Part shown: one piece after another, positions 57,480 through 64,000 of the stretch
How positions within the stretch are numbered: the first letter of the stretch is position 1
Layout: each line of letters opens with the position of its first letter
IMG/VR virus record: IMGVR_UViG_3300032046_000005
Coordinates: 51,633 to 115,632 of that record
Length of the DNA: 64,000 nt
Source of the DNA: a virus
Reading direction: 5' to 3' (one strand)
Program-made: the position numbers and the translations under genes
Notes under the pieces: model-generated
Databases searched by the model: none
The model's input: only the letters and a program-made list of their open reading frames with translations
Told to the model about the DNA's origin: nothing

Positions 57480-58130
57480 GTTTGATTTTTTTGTGTTACT
57501 TTTGCATTACAAAACACACTTGTTCAAACCATTATAAAATGAATAATGAACACATATCATATAAAATGTAATGAAAATGTAATAAAAATGTATCATTGAT
57601 TTCGAAGAGATAAAGGTTAAACAAATAAAAATAAGCCTATATATATATAATATTTTTATTAAAAAAATAATATATATATGGTTATGTAGAAAAAATTTCA
57701 TTTTAATATATAAACATATAAATATAAATATATATATAAATAAATATATAAAAATTAAATATTATTATACGGATACACACGGATGATCGATGAAATGTAA
57801 CGCTAGTTTTGTGACGGGTTCTAAAGCTTTCCTTTCTTATTTTATGGGTATATATTCAATGAAAATCACATTTTTTTTTGTATTATAAGAAGGTTTGAAA
57901 GCTTGATAATTGATTTTTATTTTTTTGAATTGAAAATGATACATTTTCTTGATATATATGGTATTTTTTCTTGATATATATAATAAAAATATATACTAAA
58001 TGAATGTATATATATGGTTTCTCGTGTAATGGGAGTAATAAAAATATATATTTTAATAGCCTGTATATACGAAAATAGAAAAGTTTATAAATAAAGAATT
58101 ATCTATATTATTATTTAAAAAAATATAGAA
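57480..58130. other. AT-rich intergenic region at a divergent strand switch, with short repeats (candidate origin or terminus)
   Basis: No credible ORF; AAAATGTA x3 near 57563-57592; TTTTCTTGATATATAT x2 at 57944 and 57966. Confidence 0.35.
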
Positions 58131-58146
58131 GATATGAGATGATGAA

Positions 58147-58320
58147 ATGGAAATAAAGAAAAACAAAAAACCGTATATATTCTCGCTTTCTGAAGATGCA
58201 AACAACATGTTAAACGAATGCGTGAATTTGATAAACGAAAAGAAGGAAGGAAAGATAAATAGATCGTTGATTATTGAATCGTTGATTAAGAAATTGAACG
58301 AAGACTTGAAAAAGAAATGA
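58147..58320 (+). CDS. ribbon-helix-helix protein (MEIKKNKKPYIFSLSEDA...NRSLIIESLI)
   Basis: Manual translation, 57 aa; ATGA overlap with the next gene. Confidence 0.6.
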   Translation: MEIKKNKKPYIFSLSEDANNMLNECVNLINEKKEGKINRSLIIESLIKKLNEDLKKK

Positions 58321-58745
58321 ACGAGAACGATAATGAAAAAGAAATTTTTTTGCCTGAAGAAAACAAAGGAAGATTTCAATTTATAAAATGGATAAATAAA
58401 GGAATGGTTTATGAAGAGAAAAACAACGAGCCAATTGAAGGAGTAGGATATGATGAAAAAGGAATATATTGTGTTAAATGGAGCAATAAACATGGAGTAT
58501 TTTTCAAGAAATATGTTTATAATATAGTGTTTGAAATAGATGAAATTAAAACAAAAACAAAAGAAATGAAATATAATAGTAAAAAATACGAAGTATATTC
58601 GTTTTTCTTGAATGGAATCAAACATGAAAATGTTTCGTTTAATGGAATGATGAAGGCATTGAAACCGTTTGAAACGAACGAAGAATATGGAAGAAAAGAT
58701 GCGATAAAAAGGATTGTTGCGATACAGGAAAAAAATAAGGTTTAA
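58317..58745 (+). CDS. hypothetical protein
   Basis: ORF track; coupled to the RHH gene. Confidence 0.55.
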   Translation: MNENDNEKEIFLPEENKGRFQFIKWINKGMVYEEKNNEPIEGVGYDEKGIYCVKWSNKHGVFFKKYVYNIVFEIDEIKTKTKEMKYNSKKYEVYSFFLNGIKHENVSFNGMMKALKPFETNEEYGRKDAIKRIVAIQEKNKV

Positions 58746-58802
58746 AAGTAATGAACAACTATACGAACAAAAGAATGAATGAATGAACGAGTGAAATAAT
58801 GA

Positions 58803-60275
58803 ATGAAAGAATATAAATGGATTGATGTAAAGGATTTGAAATTTTCGGGATTGAGGGAAATAAGGCAACATACCGTGGAACAGATAAAGGAAAGTGTGAA
58901 GGAAAATGGATTTGACGAGGCGAGGGTATTGTTGGTAATTCCTGATACTGAAAACGGAAAGTATGTAGTAGCGGGAGGAAATCATAGGCTAAAAGCATTG
59001 ATTGAGATGAAAGTGGAAAAAGTGCCATGTTTGATCGATAACGAAGGGGATTTGTATCAACTTGCGATACAAGATAACGAAGCGGAAAAAACTTATGCGC
59101 CAATTGATTTGTTTGATTATTTGTATATGATTGAACGACTGAAAAAAGAAAATAAATCATTAAAAGAAATTAGTATAATAATTGGATGGGAAGAAAATCT
59201 TATTAAATCTTATTCTGCTTTACTCAAAAATATAGTTGCAGAATTTTTAGAGTTTTGCAAGTTGCATCAAAAAGATCGTGCATCTGAAAAAGTTGCAATT
59301 ACAACTTTTAATTTTACTGAAGGATGGTTTCGAAATAGTGGATTATATGAACTTAACGAAGAACACCAATTAAAAACAATCAAATGGTTCATTGAAGAAA
59401 AGAAATGTAAAGTATCAACAAATCAAATACAAGAAAAAACAAATGCGTTAAAAGAAATAGAAGAACAAATACAATTACTTGAAGATAATTTAGATCCAAC
59501 AATAGATGCTAAGAAATTGATTGAATCGATAGAAAACGGAGAATATACAACGGAAAGATTAGCAACGGTAATTAAAAGATTGAACGAAGGAGCAAAAGAT
59601 AAAGCGTTGTTTGGAGTAGATTGTAGAGATGAATTAAAAAAGTTAGAAGATGGTTCGATTGATTGTATGATTACTGATCCTCCTTGGGGTGTTGAATACG
59701 TGCCTTCAAGAAAAACAACTAATCCACAATTTGATAAAGAACTGAAAGAGGTATTGATTTTGCTTGATGATGTATTCAAGGAATGCAAAAGAGTATTGAA
59801 AAATAATGGACACGTTTATGTGTTCTTTCCAACAATGTTTTTTGTTGAATTTAAGAATTTGCTTGAAAAATATTTTGCAGTATATTCTATTCCATTGATT
59901 TGGTATAAAAATAATCATAATCTATGTAATTTTAAGCAAAGATATGCTTCGATTTATGAAACCGTGTTTTTTTGCAAGATGGAAAAAGGAGATTTGAGAG
60001 AACTAAATGCTAAAGTTTCACCTGATGTGTTGAAGTATGATAAACCAATGAACAAACAACACGATGCACAAAAACCAGAAGATTTATTAGAATATTTGAT
60101 AAAGAACTCAACAGGAAAAGAAGAAGTTATATTAGATCCATTCATGGGATCTGGAAGTACATTAATAGCTGCAATAAAATCTGGAAGGCATTATATTGGA
60201 TTTGAAAAAGAAAAATCATACGAATCAAACTTTAAAAGAAGAATAGGAGAAATATTAGAAGGTAAAGCTAAATAA
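58803..60275 (+). CDS. ParB/Srx-like N-terminal domain fused to DNA amino-methyltransferase
   Basis: ESVKENGF..VVAGGNHRLKAL..VPC; ITDPPW; HDAQKP; LDPFMGSGST. Confidence 0.88.
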   Translation: MKEYKWIDVKDLKFSGLREIRQHTVEQIKESVKENGFDEARVLLVIPDTENGKYVVAGGNHRLKALIEMKVEKVPCLIDNEGDLYQLAIQDNEAEKTYAPIDLFDYLYMIERLKKENKSLKEISIIIGWEENLIKSYSALLKNIVAEFLEFCKLHQKDRASEKVAITTFNFTEGWFRNSGLYELNEEHQLKTIKWFIEEKKCKVSTNQIQEKTNALKEIEEQIQLLEDNLDPTIDAKKLIESIENGEYTTERLATVIKRLNEGAKDKALFGVDCRDELKKLEDGSIDCMITDPPWGVEYVPSRKTTNPQFDKELKEVLILLDDVFKECKRVLKNNGHVYVFFPTMFFVEFKNLLEKYFAVYSIPLIWYKNNHNLCNFKQRYASIYETVFFCKMEKGDLRELNAKVSPDVLKYDKPMNKQHDAQKPEDLLEYLIKNSTGKEEVILDPFMGSGSTLIAAIKSGRHYIGFEKEKSYESNFKRRIGEILEGKAK

Positions 60276-60916
60276 TGGAAAGAAATATAGAAGAATATTT
60301 TGGAAAATGGGAAGATAAACCAGAAGTAAAAAAAGGAAATTTTGGAGAAAGAATAGTAAAAGATTATTTAGAAAAAGAAGGATATGTTGTATATACAACC
60401 AAATCAATTGGTTCTCATTTGTGTGATGGATTTGTTTCAAATAAGAACAAAAAAGAAATATTTATTGGAGATGTTAAATCAAAAGCAAGAAGGAATATAT
60501 ATCCAGATACAGGAATAGATGAAAAGTATTATAATAATTATAAAGAACTTTCTATGAAATATAATATGCCTTTTTTTCTTTATTTTATTGATGAAGGAAT
60601 GAAAAAGATTTATGGAAATCGATTAGATGTATTAGAAATAGAAAGAACAATTCTTTATGAATATGATAATGGAAAAGGAAAAGAAAGTTTTCCAATTACA
60701 TATCCAAGTCCAAAAATTGATAGTAAAGGAAATAATATTGTTTATTTTCCTTTATGTTGTATGAAAGAAATGAATAATATTACTTCTGAAGATGTAGAAA
60801 TATTAAAAGATTTGAGTAGAAGATCTATTGAATACAAACCAAATCAAAATGAAAAAATAACAATTATTGATTCAAAAATAAAAGAAGAAATCAATAAAGT
60901 TTTTTATATGATATAA
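60275..60916 (+). CDS. PD-(D/E)xK restriction-endonuclease-like nuclease
   Basis: G..GE..V..YL...GY, CDG, GDVKSK; coupled to the MTase by TAATG. Confidence 0.6.
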   Translation: MERNIEEYFGKWEDKPEVKKGNFGERIVKDYLEKEGYVVYTTKSIGSHLCDGFVSNKNKKEIFIGDVKSKARRNIYPDTGIDEKYYNNYKELSMKYNMPFFLYFIDEGMKKIYGNRLDVLEIERTILYEYDNGKGKESFPITYPSPKIDSKGNNIVYFPLCCMKEMNNITSEDVEILKDLSRRSIEYKPNQNEKITIIDSKIKEEINKVFYMI

Positions 60917-60983
60917 CTTAACTTTTTTTCTTTATTTTTATTTTTTTTTATTAAAACCAAAACATTAAATAGGGAAATAAACA

Positions 60984-61640
60984 ATGAAAATATTAAATCT
61001 TTTTAGTGGAATTGGAGGAAATAGAGAATTATGGAAGAATGAGTATGAAATAACTGCTGTAGAATATGATGAAAAAATAGCTAAATTATATTCAGAAAGG
61101 TTTCCAAAAGATAAAATGATAATAGGAGATGCTTATGAATATTTAGAAAAAAACTATCAAGAATTTGATATAATTTGGGCATCTCCTCCTTGTGTTACTC
61201 ATTCAAGAATAAATATTAATTTCAATCAAACATGGAATATAAGACTTCCAGATTTGAAATTATATTCAATCATAATTTTTTTAAAACAATGGTTTAAAGG
61301 TAATTGGATTGTAGAAAATGTTATTCCTTTTTATTCTCCTTTAATTAAACCTAGTTGTATTAGAGGAAGACATTGTTATTGGTCTAATGTTGCTATTCCT
61401 TCTGATAAAAAAAAAAGAATAAGAGAAGTAGGATGTCACCATTCTAAAAAATATTTATCTACTTTAAATCCAAAACAACAAACAAAGGAAAAATTTTCTA
61501 AAATAGTAAGGAATAAAGTAAATTCTATGGAAGGAAAGATTTTATTAGATTATTTAATACACAAAAATCAAAAAAGTATATTTGATTATAATATAAATGA
61601 TAATACCAAAACTTTAAATACGAACAAAGACATATATTAA
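60984..61640 (+). CDS. compact C5-cytosine DNA methyltransferase
   Basis: LNLFSGIGG, WASPPC, VENV. Confidence 0.85.
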   Translation: MKILNLFSGIGGNRELWKNEYEITAVEYDEKIAKLYSERFPKDKMIIGDAYEYLEKNYQEFDIIWASPPCVTHSRININFNQTWNIRLPDLKLYSIIIFLKQWFKGNWIVENVIPFYSPLIKPSCIRGRHCYWSNVAIPSDKKKRIREVGCHHSKKYLSTLNPKQQTKEKFSKIVRNKVNSMEGKILLDYLIHKNQKSIFDYNINDNTKTLNTNKDIY

Positions 61641-61642
61641 TC

Positions 61643-62041
61643 ATGACTAAAACTGTTTTCGAAAGAATTTTTGACAAGTTATCAAGAATTGTTGATTTTG
61701 ATGCGTTAAAGAACAACGAATATTTAAAATACAAATCGATTGGATTGATGGATTTGAACGTTGATTTTTTGCGTGGAGATAATAAAGAATTTAGAATTTC
61801 AATGGCACATGACTACGAACAAAACGGGGATTTGATGTGTGATCCTGACATGGAAATTAGAGTATATCCAGAAACAAAAATGGCTGAAGCGATGACTTAT
61901 CAGGATGGATTTGGATATAAGGAAGTGTATGTTGAAACTGAAAGCAGAACATTGGTTCATTTGAAAAATAAGAAGGAACTTAACGAATTCTTGAACAAAT
62001 GGTTAACGAATTTGATTAACCAAGATTTTAAAGCAATGTAA
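61643..62041 (+). CDS. DUF1249/DUF6908-like protein
   Basis: G.MDL.V, SMAH.YEQNGDLMCDPDMEIRV, LN.FL..WL.NL..Q. Confidence 0.7.
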   Translation: MTKTVFERIFDKLSRIVDFDALKNNEYLKYKSIGLMDLNVDFLRGDNKEFRISMAHDYEQNGDLMCDPDMEIRVYPETKMAEAMTYQDGFGYKEVYVETESRTLVHLKNKKELNEFLNKWLTNLINQDFKAM

Positions 62042-62072
62042 TTTTTTGATTTTTTTGATTTTTTTTGAACAT

Positions 62073-62085
62073 AAAACTTTAAATA
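62073..62085 (+). promoter_or_regulatory. archaeal BRE-TATA promoter AAAACTTTAAATA
   Basis: About 22 nt upstream of the ATG at 62107; the same motif occurs at 62416-62428. Confidence 0.7.
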
Positions 62086-62106
62086 ATATAAAGAATTACA
62101 TTTAAT

Positions 62107-62364
62107 ATGGTTAAGTATAAAGTAATTGATAGTTTATTAAAGTCTGATATTGATGGAATAATAAAGACTAAATTTAGACCATATCACAAAGCGTTAAAAA
62201 AACTAAGGAAAGACATGCGAAAAGCATTGGATGAAGGAAAGGATTTTACGGGGAAGATCATGATGGTAAAGAACAACGGATTAGAAGAAATAAAGGCAGA
62301 ATTGACGGTAACAAATCAAGAAGGTAAAGATCTGAATCCTAACGAATGGAAAAAAAGACTTTAA
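62107..62364 (+). CDS. hypothetical protein
   Basis: Leaderless behind a TATA box. Confidence 0.55.
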   Translation: MVKYKVIDSLLKSDIDGIIKTKFRPYHKALKKLRKDMRKALDEGKDFTGKIMMVKNNGLEEIKAELTVTNQEGKDLNPNEWKKRL

Positions 62365-62450
62365 AGAAGCAAATTTATTTTTTTTAACTTTTTTTTGAGC
62401 ATGTATATAACAACTAAAACTTTAAATAGAAAGTATCATATATGATATAC

Positions 62451-62633
62451 ATGAACGAAAAAGAAAGCATTAATACAAAAACTAATAATCATAATTACAT
62501 GAAAGCACGGACAGAGTTGCTTGAAGGACTTTTAAAAGTAATCTTCAAGCATTTCGGACTTCCGTTTGATTTGGGAATAGAAAACACCAAAATTTTATTG
62601 AAAATGATAGGAATAATGGAAGAACAAGAATAG
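62451..62633 (+). CDS. hypothetical protein
   Basis: ATG about 23 nt after the TATA box at 62421. Confidence 0.5.
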   Translation: MNEKESINTKTNNHNYMKARTELLEGLLKVIFKHFGLPFDLGIENTKILLKMIGIMEEQE

Positions 62634-62790
62634 ACAAAATTAAGGAAGCGAGAAAATGAAAATAAAGTGTGGGAACGATGGTTTGACGAAGGATGCGAAG
62701 AGATGTTTCGATTGCAAAAGATCGGTTGTTAGTATCAAGAGTGGAAAGATAAAGATAGAATGCGAAAAGATATGGATGTGTGATTGAACA

Positions 62791-62997
62791 ATGAGCGAAA
62801 ACCACGATAAATATGAGTTTATGAGTAGAATGGATTTATTAAATGAATGCAGGAGATTGCAAAAAGAAAACCTAAAATTGGGCGAATTAGTCAAACTTTC
62901 TGAACAAATGTTAGAAGAACAAGATGATAAAAAAGAAAAGGAGAATAAGAAAAAAAGGAGATATGAAAAACAATGTTTGGTTTTTTTGATGGAATAA
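62791..62997 (+). CDS. small coiled-coil protein
   Basis: ORF track. Confidence 0.5.
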   Translation: MSENHDKYEFMSRMDLLNECRRLQKENLKLGELVKLSEQMLEEQDDKKEKENKKKRRYEKQCLVFLME

Positions 62998-63503
62998 TGA
63001 AACAAGAACAAGAATATGAGAGACTGAAAACATTAAAACAACAATTCAAGACTGCAAAAGATTTAGGAGTAAAGGAATGTGTGAAATGTGGTTGGTGTTG
63101 TAATAGGAGAACTTGCATTCCAACTCCAGAAGAATTCAAGAAAATTGCAGAGTATTTACGATTGAGTGTTCAAGAATGCATTAAGAAGTATTTTTGTGTT
63201 GACAAACAAAGTAGTGATGATTTTTGTTATGTAAAGCCTGCTGGAGTAAATCAACAAGATTTGATTGGAAAGTTCATACCATGCGATAGAACATACAACG
63301 AAGGAAAGTGCGTGTTCTTGGTTGATAATAATCTGTGCAAGATACACGATGTTAAACCGTTATCTGCGAAGTTGTTAGAATGTTGGAATGATAATGAAAA
63401 TGAAGGTGATGAAATAATAAAAGCGTGGAAAGAGTATTATAAAAACAACCATGATTTGGATTTTATTAACGAAAAAAATGATTATGATGAAGATGATGAT
63501 TAA
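62973..63503 (+). CDS. YkgJ-family CxxCxxCC cysteine-cluster protein
   Basis: CVKCGWCC...CVFL...CKIHDVKP; start probably at MKQEQ. Confidence 0.8.
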   Translation: MFGFFDGIMKQEQEYERLKTLKQQFKTAKDLGVKECVKCGWCCNRRTCIPTPEEFKKIAEYLRLSVQECIKKYFCVDKQSSDDFCYVKPAGVNQQDLIGKFIPCDRTYNEGKCVFLVDNNLCKIHDVKPLSAKLLECWNDNENEGDEIIKAWKEYYKNNHDLDFINEKNDYDEDDD

Positions 63504-63684
63504 ATGAGCGAAAGATGGATTGTGAAAAACAAGCATTATATTGTTTTGGAACTGATGGATGTAATATCGGATGTGAGAGACGAACACGATTCTACAATAG
63601 CATTCTTTGATAACGTTCAGAAAAGAATAAACAAGTGGATGGAGATATGGAGGCAAGATAAAGAAAAATGAGAGATGAAGAAGA

Positions 63685-63918
63685 ATGGGTGGAAAACAGC
63701 AAAAACCGACCGATTTAAAACACTTGCACGCGCTTGTTCCGAGAAGCAAAAAAGAACAAAAGGAATTTGAGAGGTTCAAGGACAAATTGAACGAGAGCAT
63801 GAAAGTTGTTTGTGACGATTGCAAGCATTATTTGGCGAGTTTGAATTTTTGCAAGGCGTGGAAAATGCCTCGCGATGTGTTAACGGTTGATAATTGCAAG
63901 AGGTTCAAGAAAAAATGA
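63685..63918 (+). CDS. small Cys-rich protein
   Basis: CDDCKHY...C...C..F. Confidence 0.5.
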   Translation: MGGKQQKPTDLKHLHALVPRSKKEQKEFERFKDKLNESMKVVCDDCKHYLASLNFCKAWKMPRDVLTVDNCKRFKKK

Positions 63919-64000
63919 GTAAAGAAAAAAATGAAGATGAATTTGGAAAAATGTTGAAAGGAGCAATTTCTTGTGGCATGCAAGGAAATAGAATGCATGT

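Noticed and set aside
58053-58985. 310-aa minus-strand ORF
   Set aside because: F/I-rich shadow overlapping three credible plus-strand genes
1-64000. CRISPR mini-array, diversity-generating retroelement, integrase/att site, inteins, stop-codon recoding
   Set aside because: No regularly spaced repeats, reverse transcriptase, recombinase or intein termini were recognised, and long genes are intact under the standard code

Overview
The whole 64 kb window is part of a very AT-rich tailed dsDNA virus genome (HK97-type, Caudoviricetes-like) with an archaeal host. The host is indicated by BRE/TATA promoters about 22-23 nt upstream of leaderless starts, GTGA/GAGGT ribosome-binding sites, T-run terminators and two tRNAs whose introns fold into bulge-helix-bulge (BHB) motifs. 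An Asgard/Lokiarchaeia host is plausible but unproven. The left half (minus strand) holds the head module: major capsid protein (MCP), decoration protein, scaffold, DUF2213-like prohead protease, two multi-domain polyvalent proteins, portal and terminase large subunit. It is interleaved with a ~12 kb glycan synthesis/modification cluster, neuB/neuC and freestanding GIY-YIG/HNH-like genes. The right half holds many small accessory genes, two RNA ligases, Cys-rich repeat proteins and two of the window's three DNA methyltransferases. I found no polymerase, helicase, integrase, tail genes or CRISPR array. The main discovery is a divergently transcribed locus at 38.6-40.8 kb that encodes three different pieces of the virus's own MCP, with a fourth related gene next to the portal. 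One piece is fused to a zinc finger, and two pieces are roughly complementary. This could be a capsid-decoy or capsid-interference system. Other highlights are a tRNA-Ser with a non-canonical 32/33 intron that changes its apparent anticodon, and recurring DF/DFxED linkers that suggest head-packaged polyproteins cut by the prohead protease. All family assignments are by motif recognition only; no database searches were run.
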